Positions 35,924 through 46,762 of a stretch of 64,000 nucleotides of DNA are shown here, in pieces. The first letter of the stretch is position 1; every line of letters starts with the position of its first letter. Source of the stretch: Escherichia phage HX01. The stretch lies in the sequence record NC_018855.1; one strand, written 5' to 3'. The position numbers and the translations under genes are program-made. The notes beneath the pieces were generated by a model. The model was not told where the DNA came from. It worked only from the letters and a program-made list of their open reading frames with translations, and did not search any database.

Positions 35924-37608
35924 AATCATTTAAATTAAATCGTGTTCGTTATCAAAACATCATGTCGGTAGGTGGGAATCCTATTGACATCCAATTAGAT
36001 AAAGTCCAAAAGACATTAATCACTGGTAAAAATGGTGGTGGTAAATCTACGATGTTAGAAGCCATTACTTTCGGACTTTTCGGTAAACCATTTCGTGATG
36101 TTAAGAAAGGGCAAATCATTAATAGCACGAACAAGAAAGAACTCTTAGTTGAGCTTTGGATGGAATTCGATGGTAAAAAATACTTCATTAAACGTGGCCA
36201 AAAGCCCAATATTTTCGAAATCTCCGTTGACGGTGTTCGTCTTGATGAATCTGCCAGCAGTCGTGACTTCCAAGAAGAATTTGAACGTAGCATCGGAATG
36301 TCATACGCGTCTTTTAAACAAATCGTTGTGCTTGGGACGGCAGGGTATACCCCTTTCATGGCTCTTAGCACCCCTGCTCGTAGAAAACTTGTCGAAGACC
36401 TTTTAGAAGTCGGCACACTCGCTGAAATGGATAAAATCAATAAGTCTCAAGTTCGAGAACTTAATTCCCAGGGACAAGTTCTCGATGCCAAGAAAGACGG
36501 TGTTATCCAACAAATTAAGATTTATAACGAGAATATCGAACGTCAAAAGAAATTATCTGGTGATAATGTAGCGCGTCTACAGAATATGTATGACGACCTA
36601 GCCAAAGAAGCTCGTTCATTAAAAGCAGAAATCGAAGAAGCTAATGAGCGACTACTTAATATCGTTCTTGATGAAGACCCTACTGAGGCATTCAACAAGA
36701 TAGGACAAGAAGCATTCTTGATTAAATCTAAAATTGACTCATATAACAAAGTTATTAAGATGTATCATGATGGTGGTACATGTCCTACTTGTGCATCACA
36801 GTTGCACCAGGGTGATCCTATTGTCTCTAAGATTACCGATAAGCTTCATGAATGTAATCACTCATTCGAGCAACTTACATGTCACAGAGATAATCTGAGT
36901 GTCCTAGTGGACGAATATAGAGCTAATGTTAAGACTAAACAGGACCTTGCATCTGATATTCGTACCAAGAAACAAGCAATGATTGCCACTATTGATAAAG
37001 CTAAGAAAGTTAAAGCTGCAATAGAACAAGCCTCGGCGGAATTTATCGACCATGCTGATGAGATAGCTTTGCTTCAAAAAGAACTTGATAAAATCATTAA
37101 AACAAAATCAGATATCGTTCTTGAAAAATATCATCGTGGTATTATCACAGATATGTTAAAAGATTCTGGTATTAAAGGTGCTATCATTAAAAAATATGTG
37201 CCTCTGTTCAACAAGCAGATTAACCATTATCTTAAAATCATGGAAGCTGATTACGTGTTTTCTATTGACGAAGAATTCAATGAATCTATAAAATCACGTG
37301 GTCGTGAAGATTTTAGTTATGCTTCATTTAGTCAAGGTGAAAAGGCACGTATCGATATCGCATTGTTGTTTACATGGCGAGATATTGCTGAAAAGGTCTC
37401 TGGTGTTAGAATCAATACGTTAATTATGGACGAAGTCATGGATTCCGCGACTGATTCTGAAGGTATTAAAGCTATTTCAACAATTCTTAACTCTCTAACC
37501 GATGCAAACGTGTTTATAATTAGTCACAGAGACCATGACCCACAAGCTTATGGACAGCATCTTCAAATGAGCAAAGTTGGACGATTTACGGTAATGACTG
37601 TTTCATAA
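35920..37608 (+). CDS. 46: recombination nuclease subunit gp46 (Rad50/SbcC-like ATPase)
   Basis: Walker A GKNGGGKST, coiled-coil middle, CPTC zinc hook, C-terminal ABC signature. Confidence 0.93.
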   Translation: MKSFKLNRVRYQNIMSVGGNPIDIQLDKVQKTLITGKNGGGKSTMLEAITFGLFGKPFRDVKKGQIINSTNKKELLVELWMEFDGKKYFIKRGQKPNIFEISVDGVRLDESASSRDFQEEFERSIGMSYASFKQIVVLGTAGYTPFMALSTPARRKLVEDLLEVGTLAEMDKINKSQVRELNSQGQVLDAKKDGVIQQIKIYNENIERQKKLSGDNVARLQNMYDDLAKEARSLKAEIEEANERLLNIVLDEDPTEAFNKIGQEAFLIKSKIDSYNKVIKMYHDGGTCPTCASQLHQGDPIVSKITDKLHECNHSFEQLTCHRDNLSVLVDEYRANVKTKQDLASDIRTKKQAMIATIDKAKKVKAAIEQASAEFIDHADEIALLQKELDKIIKTKSDIVLEKYHRGIITDMLKDSGIKGAIIKKYVPLFNKQINHYLKIMEADYVFSIDEEFNESIKSRGREDFSYASFSQGEKARIDIALLFTWRDIAEKVSGVRINTLIMDEVMDSATDSEGIKAISTILNSLTDANVFIISHRDHDPQAYGQHLQMSKVGRFTVMTVS

Positions 37609-37662
37609 ACGCTTTAACACGATGTGGTTATAATGACCACATCAAATTAAATGGAGAACAAC

Positions 37663-37851
37663 ATGGAGTATTCAACCGGTCAACATCTTCTCGTTGTCCC
37701 TGAAATTAAAAAATATGTTTTGACCAATACGTTTTCAGGTGAAGAACATATTGTTACTGAACAAATGCTCAAATCTGCTTTTAAAGATGAGTATAATAAA
37801 ATAATGTCTAATCGCAATTCCGCATGGACAGTTACCGACTTCTACGAATAA
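37663..37851 (+). CDS. hypothetical protein
   Basis: ATG 37663 after SD GGAG. Confidence 0.5.
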   Translation: MEYSTGQHLLVVPEIKKYVLTNTFSGEEHIVTEQMLKSAFKDEYNKIMSNRNSAWTVTDFYE

Positions 37852-37863
37852 GAGAGAAATAAT

Positions 37864-38280
37864 ATGTTTACTACTGCTAAAGGTTTCACTGCTGCTGATC
37901 TGAAAGTTACTTCTATCCGTACTGACGCTAACCCACATAACCATAATCGTGTTCGTAAAGCATGGGTCCTGCATTGTGATGACGCAAGTGCTAAAAAACT
38001 CCAATCTTTGCCACAAGAAACTCGTTTTATGATTTATGGTTTTATTGATAACGATGTATCTGATATGTGGATTCATCTGATGCGTAAGCACTATAAAGAT
38101 TCTATTGAAGCCGGCGGAAAAATCGTTCTTGATAAAGATGGTTCTGAGCGTCTGGAAGATCTCTACTGTGTTGATGCCGACGAACAACTAATTGCAGCTG
38201 GCGAAATTGTTGCTTCTAAAATTCCAGAATATATTGAATCACTGCCTGAAGCTATTAAAAAGCAGATGGTTGCTGCATAA
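37864..38280 (+). CDS. rpbA: RNA polymerase-binding protein RpbA-like (by position)
   Basis: 138 aa between genes 46 and 45 as in T4; sequence not verified. Confidence 0.6.
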   Translation: MFTTAKGFTAADLKVTSIRTDANPHNHNRVRKAWVLHCDDASAKKLQSLPQETRFMIYGFIDNDVSDMWIHLMRKHYKDSIEAGGKIVLDKDGSERLEDLYCVDADEQLIAAGEIVASKIPEYIESLPEAIKKQMVAA

Positions 38281-38322
38281 TAAATTTGTTATAAACTTTG
38301 AATTGTCTTGAAAGGAAATAAA

Positions 38323-39009
38323 ATGAAACTGTCTAAAGATACTATCGCTATTCTGAAAAACTTTGCCTCTATTAACTCCGGCATTCTGCTGAGTCAAGGT
38401 AAATTTATTATGACTCGTGCAGTTAATGGCACAACTTATGCGGAAGCAAATATCTCTGATGAAATTGATTTTGACGTAGCACTTTATGATTTGAATAGCT
38501 TCTTAAGCATTTTGAGTCTAGTGTCTGACGATGCTGAAATTTCAATGCACACCGATGGCAATATTAAAATTGCAGATACACGTTCCACAGTTTATTGGCC
38601 TGCTGCTGACAAGAGCACCATTGTTTTTCCTAATAAGCCAATTCAATTCCCAGTGGCTTCTGTGATTACTGAAATTAAAGCTGAAGACCTTCAACAATTG
38701 CTTCGAGTTTCACGTGGTCTTCAGATTGATACAATTGCTATTACAAATAAAGATGGTAAAATTGTTATCAATGGTTATAATAAAGTTGAAGATTCTGGAC
38801 TAACTCGTCCTAAGTATTCTTTGACTCTTACCGATTATGATGGTTCTAACAATTTTAACTTCGTAATCAATATGGCTAATATGAAAATCCAGCCAGGTAA
38901 CTATAAAGTAATGTTGTGGGGAGCTGGTGATAAAGTTGCAGCCAAGTTTGAAAGCTCTCAAGTAAGTTATGTTATTGCGATGGAAGCCGATTCTACTCAC
39001 GACTTCTAA
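38323..39009 (+). CDS. 45: sliding clamp gp45
   Basis: 228 aa MKLSKDTIAILKNFASINSGI; position upstream of 44/62. Confidence 0.93.
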   Translation: MKLSKDTIAILKNFASINSGILLSQGKFIMTRAVNGTTYAEANISDEIDFDVALYDLNSFLSILSLVSDDAEISMHTDGNIKIADTRSTVYWPAADKSTIVFPNKPIQFPVASVITEIKAEDLQQLLRVSRGLQIDTIAITNKDGKIVINGYNKVEDSGLTRPKYSLTLTDYDGSNNFNFVINMANMKIQPGNYKVMLWGAGDKVAAKFESSQVSYVIAMEADSTHDF

Positions 39010-39084
39010 GTCAAAGCTTTACGTTTAATGTAGTACTATTATGGAGGAGAAATCCTCCAGTTTAATGATAATGAGGAAAATTAC

Positions 39085-40047
39085 ATGATTACTATCAATT
39101 CCAAAGAACACATTCTAGAACAGAAATATCGTCCTTCTTCCATTGACGAATGTATTCTGCCTGCGTATGACCATGAAACATTCAAGTCTTTAGTATCTAA
39201 AGGAAAACTTCCTCATATTATTTTGCACTCTCCTTCTCCTGGTACAGGTAAAACAACCGTAGCAAAAGCATTATGTAATGATATCAATGCCGAAATGATG
39301 TTCGTCAACGGTTCTGATTGTAAGATTGATTTTGTGCGTGGTCCGTTAACTGCATTCGCTCGTTCAGTCTCAATGGAAGGCAAGCCGAAAGTTATCGTTA
39401 TCGATGAATTTGACCGTAGCGGCCTCGCCGAATCACAACGTCACCTTCGTACGTTTATGGAAGAATTCTCTAGTAACTGTTCTATTATTATTACTGCTAA
39501 CAACATCGATGGAATTATTGAACCATTACGTAGTCGTTGTCGAGTTATCGAATTCGGACGTCCAACCGAAGAAGATAAAATCTCGATGATGAAGAAAATG
39601 ATTCATCGTATGGTTGAAATCTGTAAGAATGAAAATATCGAAATCGCTGATATGAAAGTTGTTGCAGCTCTGGTTAAAAAGAACTTCCCGGACTTTCGTC
39701 GTACAATTGGTCAATTAGACCAGTACTCGTCTAAAGGTGTTCTTGATGCAGGTATTCTGTCTATCGTAACTAATGACCGTGGCACAGTCTCTGATGTTAT
39801 CGAAGCAATGAAGAACAAAGATATCAAACAACTTCGTGCATTAGCTCCAAAATATGCCGCAGATTATTCATGGTTCATCGATAAATTAGTTTCAGAATGT
39901 TATGACCAAGTTGCACCTGGTAAAAGTATTATTTCGCTTTATGAAATTGCAGGCGAAAACAATAAGTTTCATGGATTAGCAAGTAATATTGAATTACATG
40001 TTATGTATATGCTTCTTCAATTGACTTGTGAACTGACTTGGAAATAA
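39085..40047 (+). CDS. 44: clamp loader large subunit gp44
   Basis: Walker [15 protein letters not shown] box, SRC motif. Confidence 0.93.
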   Translation: MITINSKEHILEQKYRPSSIDECILPAYDHETFKSLVSKGKLPHIILHSPSPGTGKTTVAKALCNDINAEMMFVNGSDCKIDFVRGPLTAFARSVSMEGKPKVIVIDEFDRSGLAESQRHLRTFMEEFSSNCSIIITANNIDGIIEPLRSRCRVIEFGRPTEEDKISMMKKMIHRMVEICKNENIEIADMKVVAALVKKNFPDFRRTIGQLDQYSSKGVLDAGILSIVTNDRGTVSDVIEAMKNKDIKQLRALAPKYAADYSWFIDKLVSECYDQVAPGKSIISLYEIAGENNKFHGLASNIELHVMYMLLQLTCELTWK

Positions 40048-40048
40048 T

Positions 40049-40612
40049 ATGAACTTATTCGATGATGACGTCCAGCTTAACGAGCACCAAATTGCATGGA
40101 AGTCTAATGACGCTGATGCGATTCAAAAATGTGCTGATATGTTTAAAGAAAAACCTGAGAATGAATTCTTTAAAATCATTAATGCTATTAATGAAAAGAA
40201 ATCTATGTCAATTGCTCAGGTCGACTACTCAAAATTTATGGTTGAGAACTCATTATCCCAGTTCCCAGAATGTATGCCAGCTGTTTACATGATGAACTTA
40301 GTCGGTTCTGAATTAAGTGATGAAGCGCACTTCAACTATATGATGGCGGCAATTCCGCGTGGTCGTCGATTCTCTAAATGGGCTAAACTAGTCGAAGACA
40401 CTTCAGAGTTACTAGTTATCAAACTGTTGATGAAACATTACACAATCAACATGAATGATGCTACTGAGTATAAGCGGCTCCTTGAAAAAAATAACAAGTT
40501 GCCAATAGTCCTTAAAGAACTGAAGGCCATGGTCACTGATGAGTTTCTCAAAGAAGTTACAAAAAATGTGAAAGAACAAAAACAATTTAAAAAATTAGCA
40601 TTGGAATGGTAA
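40049..40612 (+). CDS. 62: clamp loader small subunit gp62
   Basis: 187 aa immediately after gene 44. Confidence 0.9.
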   Translation: MNLFDDDVQLNEHQIAWKSNDADAIQKCADMFKEKPENEFFKIINAINEKKSMSIAQVDYSKFMVENSLSQFPECMPAVYMMNLVGSELSDEAHFNYMMAAIPRGRRFSKWAKLVEDTSELLVIKLLMKHYTINMNDATEYKRLLEKNNKLPIVLKELKAMVTDEFLKEVTKNVKEQKQFKKLALEW

Positions 40613-40614
40613 AA

Positions 40615-40983
40615 ATGATTGAAATTAAATTGAAGAACCCTGAAGATTTTCTGAAAGTCAAAGAGACTTTGACCCGTATGGGCATCGCTAATAACAAGGA
40701 TAAAGTCCTTTACCAGTCTTGTCATATCCTCCAAAAGCAAGGTAAGTACTATATCGTCCACTTTAAAGAAATGCTGCGTATGGACGGACGTCAGGTTGAT
40801 ATTGATGGTGAAGACTATCAGCGACGTGATTCGATTGCTCAGTTGCTTGAAGACTGGGGATTGATTGTTATTGAAGACTCTGCCCGTGAAGATCTGTTTG
40901 GTCTGACTAATAACTTTCGTGTTATCTCTTTTAAACAGAAAGATGACTGGACTTTGAAAGCAAAATATACAATTGGTAATTAA
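40615..40983 (+). CDS. regA: translational repressor RegA
   Basis: 122 aa MIEIKLKNPEDFLKVKETLTRMGIANNKDKVLYQSCHILQK matches T4 RegA. Confidence 0.93.
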   Translation: MIEIKLKNPEDFLKVKETLTRMGIANNKDKVLYQSCHILQKQGKYYIVHFKEMLRMDGRQVDIDGEDYQRRDSIAQLLEDWGLIVIEDSAREDLFGLTNNFRVISFKQKDDWTLKAKYTIGN

Positions 40984-40987
40984 AGCA

Positions 40988-41017
40988 ATGGGACTTCGGT
41001 CCCATTTGGAGTATAAT
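40988..41017 (+). other. TTCG-loop hairpin followed by TATAAT, upstream of gene 43
   Basis: ATGGGAC-TTCG-GTCCCAT; TTGGAGTATAAT at 41006-41017. Confidence 0.5.
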
Positions 41018-41064
41018 AAGTTCATCAACAAACAAAAGACAATAACTCGTCTAAAGGAAATTAA

Positions 41065-43776
41065 ATGAAAGAATTTTACTTAACGGTTGAACAGATTGGT
41101 GATTCAATTTTTGAACGTTACATCGATTCTAACGGCCGTGAACGTACTCGTGAAGTAGAATATAAACCATCACTGTTTGCTCATTGCCCGGAAAGTCAGG
41201 CTACGAAATATTTCGATATCTACGGTAAGCCGTGTACTCGTAAGTTGTTCGCCAATATGCGTGATGCCTCCCAATGGATTAAACGCATGGAAGATATCGG
41301 ACTTGAAGCACTTGGCATGGACGATTTCAAATTGGCGTATTTGTCTGACACTTATAACTATGAAATCAAATACGACCATACAAAAATTCGTGTGGCTAAC
41401 TTCGACATCGAAGTAACATCTCCAGACGGGTTCCCTGAGCCGTCACAAGCAAAACATCCGATTGATGCTATCACTCATTATGACTCAATTGACGACAGGT
41501 TCTACGTATTTGATCTATTGAATTCTCCATACGGTAATGTAGAAGAATGGTCTATTGAAATCGCTGCTAAGCTTCAAGAACAAGGCGGTGATGAAGTTCC
41601 ATCCGAAATTATCGATAAAATCATTTATATGCCGTTCGATAACGAAAAAGAATTGTTGATGGAATATCTCAACTTCTGGCAACAGAAAACTCCTGTCATT
41701 TTGACTGGATGGAACGTTGAGTCATTTGATATTCCGTATGTGTATAACCGAATCAAGAATATTTTTGGCGAATCCACAGCAAAACGGTTGTCACCACATC
41801 GTAAAACTCGTGTTAAAGTTATCGAAAACATGTATGGTTCTCGTGAAATCATTACATTGTTCGGTATCTCTGTTCTTGATTACATTGACCTTTACAAAAA
41901 ATTCTCTTTTACCAATCAACCGTCATATTCTCTGGATTACATTTCAGAATTTGAATTGAACGTTGGTAAACTGAAATATGACGGCCCTATTTCTAAGCTT
42001 CGTGAAAGCAATCACCAACGATATATTTCTTATAACATTATCGACGTGTATCGTGTATTGCAAATTGATGCTAAACGTCAGTTCATTAACTTGAGCTTGG
42101 ACATGGGTTATTATGCTAAGATACAGATTCAATCTGTGTTTAGCCCAATTAAAACATGGGATGCTATTATTTTTAATAGCCTTAAAGAGCAGAACAAGGT
42201 GATTCCACAAGGTCGTTCTCACCCGGTTCAACCTTATCCCGGCGCTTTTGTTAAGGAACCTATTCCAAATCGATACAAATATGTAATGAGTTTCGACCTT
42301 ACATCTCTGTATCCAAGTATTATTCGCCAAGTGAATATTAGCCCAGAAACAATAGCAGGAACGTTTAAAGTAGCTCCATTGCATGATTATATTAACGCTG
42401 TTGCTGAACGTCCTTCTGATGTGTACAGTTGTTCTCCTAACGGCATGATGTATTATAAAGATCGTGATGGTGTAGTTCCAACTGAAATCACTAAGGTCTT
42501 TAATCAACGTAAAGAACATAAAGGTTACATGCTTGCAGCTCAACGTAATGGTGAAATAATTAAAGAGGCATTGCATAATCCTAATCTTTCTGTTGACGAA
42601 CCATTAGATGTTGATTATCGTTTCGACTTCAGTGATGAGATTAAAGAAAAGATTAAAAAGTTGTCTGCTAAATCTCTTAATGAAATGTTGTTTAGAGCTC
42701 AACGTACTGAAGTTGCAGGTATGACTGCCCAAATTAACCGTAAATTGCTTATCAACTCACTTTATGGTGCACTTGGCAACGTTTGGTTCCGTTATTATGA
42801 TTTGCGTAATGCTACTGCAATCACAACATTCGGGCAAATGGCTTTACAGTGGATTGAACGTAAAGTTAATGAATATCTGAATGAAGTTTGTGGCACAGAA
42901 GGTGAAGCTTTCGTTCTTTATGGTGATACAGACTCTATTTACGTATCTGCTGATAAAATTATCGATAAGGTTGGTGAATCTAAATTCCGTGATACCAACC
43001 ATTGGGTAGACTTCTTAGATAAGTTTGCACGTGAACGTATGGAACCAGCTATTGATAGAGGTTTCCGTGAAATGTGTGAATACATGAACAATAAACAACA
43101 CTTAATGTTCATGGACCGAGAAGCTATCGCTGGGCCTCCACTCGGTTCTAAAGGTATTGGTGGATTCTGGACTGGTAAGAAACGTTATGCATTAAACGTG
43201 TGGGATATGGAAGGAACCAGATACGCCGAACCTAAGCTTAAAATCATGGGTCTAGAGACTCAGAAATCTTCGACTCCTAAAGCAGTACAGAAAGCTCTTA
43301 AAGAATGTATTCGTCGTATGCTTCAGGAAGGCGAAGAATCATTACAAGAATATTTTAAAGAGTTTGAAAAAGAATTCCGTCAATTGAATTATATTAGCAT
43401 CGCGTCGGTATCTTCTGCGAATAACATTGCTAAATATGATGTAGGTGGATTCCCTGGTCCTAAATGCCCGTTCCATATTCGTGGAATTCTGACGTATAAC
43501 CGGGCTATCAAAGGTAATATCGATGCACCGCAAGTTGTAGAAGGTGAAAAAGTATATGTTCTGCCTTTACGTGAAGGAAACCCATTCGGTGATAAATGTA
43601 TCGCATGGCCTTCTGGTACTGAAATCACAGATTTAATTAAAGACGACGTACTTCATTGGATGGACTACACTGTTCTCCTTGAGAAGACATTTATTAAACC
43701 ACTTGAAGGATTCACATCAGCAGCGAAACTCGATTACGAGAAGAAAGCATCTCTGTTCGATATGTTCGATTTTTGA
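41065..43776 (+). CDS. 43: DNA polymerase gp43 (family B)
   Basis: 903 aa; exonuclease and polymerase motifs (YGDTDS); N-terminus matches my recollection of RB69 gp43. Confidence 0.97.
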   Translation: MKEFYLTVEQIGDSIFERYIDSNGRERTREVEYKPSLFAHCPESQATKYFDIYGKPCTRKLFANMRDASQWIKRMEDIGLEALGMDDFKLAYLSDTYNYEIKYDHTKIRVANFDIEVTSPDGFPEPSQAKHPIDAITHYDSIDDRFYVFDLLNSPYGNVEEWSIEIAAKLQEQGGDEVPSEIIDKIIYMPFDNEKELLMEYLNFWQQKTPVILTGWNVESFDIPYVYNRIKNIFGESTAKRLSPHRKTRVKVIENMYGSREIITLFGISVLDYIDLYKKFSFTNQPSYSLDYISEFELNVGKLKYDGPISKLRESNHQRYISYNIIDVYRVLQIDAKRQFINLSLDMGYYAKIQIQSVFSPIKTWDAIIFNSLKEQNKVIPQGRSHPVQPYPGAFVKEPIPNRYKYVMSFDLTSLYPSIIRQVNISPETIAGTFKVAPLHDYINAVAERPSDVYSCSPNGMMYYKDRDGVVPTEITKVFNQRKEHKGYMLAAQRNGEIIKEALHNPNLSVDEPLDVDYRFDFSDEIKEKIKKLSAKSLNEMLFRAQRTEVAGMTAQINRKLLINSLYGALGNVWFRYYDLRNATAITTFGQMALQWIERKVNEYLNEVCGTEGEAFVLYGDTDSIYVSADKIIDKVGESKFRDTNHWVDFLDKFARERMEPAIDRGFREMCEYMNNKQHLMFMDREAIAGPPLGSKGIGGFWTGKKRYALNVWDMEGTRYAEPKLKIMGLETQKSSTPKAVQKALKECIRRMLQEGEESLQEYFKEFEKEFRQLNYISIASVSSANNIAKYDVGGFPGPKCPFHIRGILTYNRAIKGNIDAPQVVEGEKVYVLPLREGNPFGDKCIAWPSGTEITDLIKDDVLHWMDYTVLLEKTFIKPLEGFTSAAKLDYEKKASLFDMFDF

Positions 43777-43816
43777 TATAATGACATGGACGGTAAACTA
43801 ATTAAATGAGAGAAAT

Positions 43817-44452
43817 ATGAAAACTACTCCTATTACTATCGCTATTGACGCAATCATAAAACAAGCTTCTTCTTTGGTCGCTATGGCCAAAGTAATTAGT
43901 CAAAACCCTGCTCGTTATAATGCTATTCTAGAAACTCTTCGACGCCCAGGACTTAGTAATTATGAAAGCCGAGTAATTATTACAGGTGTTGGTAAGAATG
44001 CTAATATTGCAACTAAAGCTTCTGAGACATTTGCTTCACTCGGTATCCCGAGTATGTACTTGAACACTGGACATTATTCTCACGGTGATGCAGGATTCAT
44101 TGCGCCTAATGATGTGTTGATTCATATTAGTCGTTCTGGTAAAACTGAAGAAATGATAGGCGTGGCTAAGCATCTTAAAATGATTCGTCCGAACGTCAAA
44201 CAGATTCTGTTGCATTGTAACCCGGACATTCCACAAGAATACGAAGCTCTTTTTGATTATACGTTCTGTACAGGCATCGCAGTAGAGGTTGATGAGAATT
44301 CTCTGGCTCCGACCATGTCCACTACATTGTTGTTAGCGCTTATCGATACGTTTGCTATCAACCTTTCGTCTGAACGTGGATTTACCTCTAATGACTTCCT
44401 TAAGTTCCACCCTGGCGGTGCACTAGGTGCCATGTTACGAGGCGAACAATGA
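43817..44452 (+). CDS. SIS-domain sugar-phosphate isomerase (arabinose-5-phosphate isomerase / phosphoheptose isomerase-like)
   Basis: ITGVGKNANIATKASETF and HISRSGKTEE match SIS-domain signatures. Confidence 0.75.
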   Translation: MKTTPITIAIDAIIKQASSLVAMAKVISQNPARYNAILETLRRPGLSNYESRVIITGVGKNANIATKASETFASLGIPSMYLNTGHYSHGDAGFIAPNDVLIHISRSGKTEEMIGVAKHLKMIRPNVKQILLHCNPDIPQEYEALFDYTFCTGIAVEVDENSLAPTMSTTLLLALIDTFAINLSSERGFTSNDFLKFHPGGALGAMLRGEQ

Positions 44453-44592
44453 AAGCAATAACAATAGGACTTTTACTATTGATGCTTGTCATGACTATCT
44501 ACTGGAGCTTAACGACTCCAGTAATGATTCCGACTCTTATAATCGGATGGATTATGATTGGACTACAAGCAAAGTATGAATGCTTTAACTAG
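44449..44592 (+). CDS. 47-aa membrane peptide
   Basis: ATGA-coupled to SIS gene; two hydrophobic stretches; read manually. Confidence 0.4.
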   Translation: MKAITIGLLLLMLVMTIYWSLTTPVMIPTLIIGWIMIGLQAKYECFN

Positions 44593-44633
44593 AATAGTGT
44601 ACAATACTCCTACTTACCAATGAGGACCACAAC

Positions 44634-46319
44634 ATGAAAAAAGCTGTTATTCTTGGTGCTGGACTGGCAACTCGTTTGTATCCAATAACGCATCATATTC
44701 CTAAGGTGCTTGTTAACTATAAACAAGACACTATTCTGAGCAATTTGTATACAATTTATTCTGACCTTGGCGCAGATGAAATTATTGTAGTAGTTCATTC
44801 AAAATTTGCTGAAACTGTTCGAGCTTATTGTGAGCAAGAAGGGTTCAATGTGACTATTCGTACAGTTGATGAAGCGTATGGTTCTGCTTATGCTCTTGCT
44901 AAATTGCACAAAGATTTAGACGGCCATAATGTAATTGTTAACTGGTGTGATATTATTCCTGATTTTGGTTCATGGTCTTGGAATGTTAACGCAATCTATG
45001 TTAAAGGTGACGAATGTCGATATAATTTCGACGGTGAAAATATCACTAACGTAGGTTCAACAGGTGGTAATGTTGTAGGAATTTATCAGTTCAAAGACTG
45101 GGAATTCTATATGGGTTCTACCGATGAGGAAATTCATGAATACTGCAAAGGACGTGATTTCGTAGAATTCCTTTACGGCAGTGCATTCAATAAATCAGAG
45201 CTTATGAATCTAATTGATTTAGGTGATATGCCTAAACTTGAAAAGGCTCATGAAGTTCGTGAACTTAATCGTAGTTTTAATGCCGTTGAAATTGGTGAAG
45301 AAACTGTAACTAAATTCGCATTAACCGAACAAGGCCGAGCTCTTCAGAAAGATGAGATTTCATGGTATCTTAAAGTGAAATCAGATTCAGTTCCTCAGTT
45401 AGTTTCTGTTAATGAAAATAACTTTGAAATGGAACGCATTAAAGGTAAGCCGGCATTTGAATATATTAAATCCAAATCGAGTCTTGCTCGTCCACAAATT
45501 GTTGATGCAATTTTAGATGCACTGAAATTCAGCACAGACACTTATTTTGTAAGTCCTGAAACTGTTCGTCGTGATTTCACTAAAGAATTCTATACTAAAG
45601 TTATTGATCGTTGTGAAAGTATTCAACCATTGATTGATTCATTTGGTAAAATCACACATGTGAACTACACTAAGATTGGGCGTCTGAAGCCAATGTTGAA
45701 ACAAGCTTTAGAACACCTTATTCGTTATCATAACCGTTCTCAGGGACAGTACTCTGTTATTCATGGTGACCCGAACTTCAGTAATACTATGATTACTGAT
45801 AATGGTGAAGTCAAGTTTATCGACCCTCGTGGATATTTTGGTGAAACCAAGATTTATGGACCAAAATTGTACGACGAAGCTAAAGTGCTTTATGCTGTTT
45901 CAGGTTATGATGAATTCAACGCTAATCCGACCTGGGGACAGTTTACTATTGACGAAACAACTTGTAATGTGTCTATTAACATCAATCCATTAGTTTACAA
46001 ATATGGAAAGATGAGTTCGTTTAACGAGTATCATCATTTGGCAGTGGCAATTATCTGGATTGCATTAGGTGGTTATTTCAAGAATAATCCACTTAAAGCG
46101 GTAGCCGCATATTATAAAGGTATGGAACTTCTGACTAAGCAATTACGTAACATGGGCCGTGTACTTCAGGACGGCTCTATTAGTTATGACGTAGCAGAAC
46201 CTGTAACGGCTACTCTGATTACAAAAAATCCTGGTAAATGGGTACTAACTGATAAAGAAACTGGTGTTTCCTATCGTCCAATCGGTGGCGATATCACTCA
46301 TCAATGGGAACGAATCTAA
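44634..46319 (+). CDS. bifunctional sugar-1-phosphate nucleotidyltransferase / sugar kinase
   Basis: N-terminal GAGLATRLYPITHHIPKVL (G-x-G-T-R-x-x-P motif); C-terminal HGDPNFSNTMI and FIDPRGYFG (APH/ChoK-like kinase motifs). Confidence 0.75.
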   Translation: MKKAVILGAGLATRLYPITHHIPKVLVNYKQDTILSNLYTIYSDLGADEIIVVVHSKFAETVRAYCEQEGFNVTIRTVDEAYGSAYALAKLHKDLDGHNVIVNWCDIIPDFGSWSWNVNAIYVKGDECRYNFDGENITNVGSTGGNVVGIYQFKDWEFYMGSTDEEIHEYCKGRDFVEFLYGSAFNKSELMNLIDLGDMPKLEKAHEVRELNRSFNAVEIGEETVTKFALTEQGRALQKDEISWYLKVKSDSVPQLVSVNENNFEMERIKGKPAFEYIKSKSSLARPQIVDAILDALKFSTDTYFVSPETVRRDFTKEFYTKVIDRCESIQPLIDSFGKITHVNYTKIGRLKPMLKQALEHLIRYHNRSQGQYSVIHGDPNFSNTMITDNGEVKFIDPRGYFGETKIYGPKLYDEAKVLYAVSGYDEFNANPTWGQFTIDETTCNVSININPLVYKYGKMSSFNEYHHLAVAIIWIALGGYFKNNPLKAVAAYYKGMELLTKQLRNMGRVLQDGSISYDVAEPVTATLITKNPGKWVLTDKETGVSYRPIGGDITHQWERI

Positions 46320-46705
46320 TGCACCGTGTAGAAAACATGCTTAATCTTTGTTTTGATGTCGATGATTGTATAACAGAGTGGAATAACAACCGTGATTACG
46401 TGAACTTCAAACCAGACGTCGAAATGGTGACTGCCATTAATGCCCTGTACGATGCAGGGCATACCATAACGCTTTACACTGCTCGCGGTATGAAGTCAGT
46501 CGGTCCTGGTCGTATAGCAATTGACATTCTCCCAAGTCTGATTCAGAACTTGGCAAACATTGGATTGAAGTACCATAATTTGCTAACACATAAACCAGTA
46601 TATGATTGGATTATCGACGACAAAGCTATGCGTCCTGACGAATTCAAAGCTCTTATGAATAAAGGCGAATTCGAAACATTTAAATCATATAAACCGAATC
46701 TATAA
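46319..46705 (+). CDS. HAD-superfamily phosphatase
   Basis: Motif I FDVDDCIT; TAATG-coupled start at 46319. Confidence 0.65.
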   Translation: MHRVENMLNLCFDVDDCITEWNNNRDYVNFKPDVEMVTAINALYDAGHTITLYTARGMKSVGPGRIAIDILPSLIQNLANIGLKYHNLLTHKPVYDWIIDDKAMRPDEFKALMNKGEFETFKSYKPNL

Positions 46706-46762
46706 TAATTTAAGTAAGACCTGCAAAAACCATCGCGTCAATTAACGTGAGATGCAAAAAAA

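Noticed and set aside
41177-41959. Alternative-frame + strand ORFs inside gene 43 and other large genes (41177..41416, 41717..41959, 36149..36406, 23065..23466, 39404..39589, 40062..40292, 45802..45993)
   Set aside because: Fully nested in conserved genes in another frame; no independent start signals.
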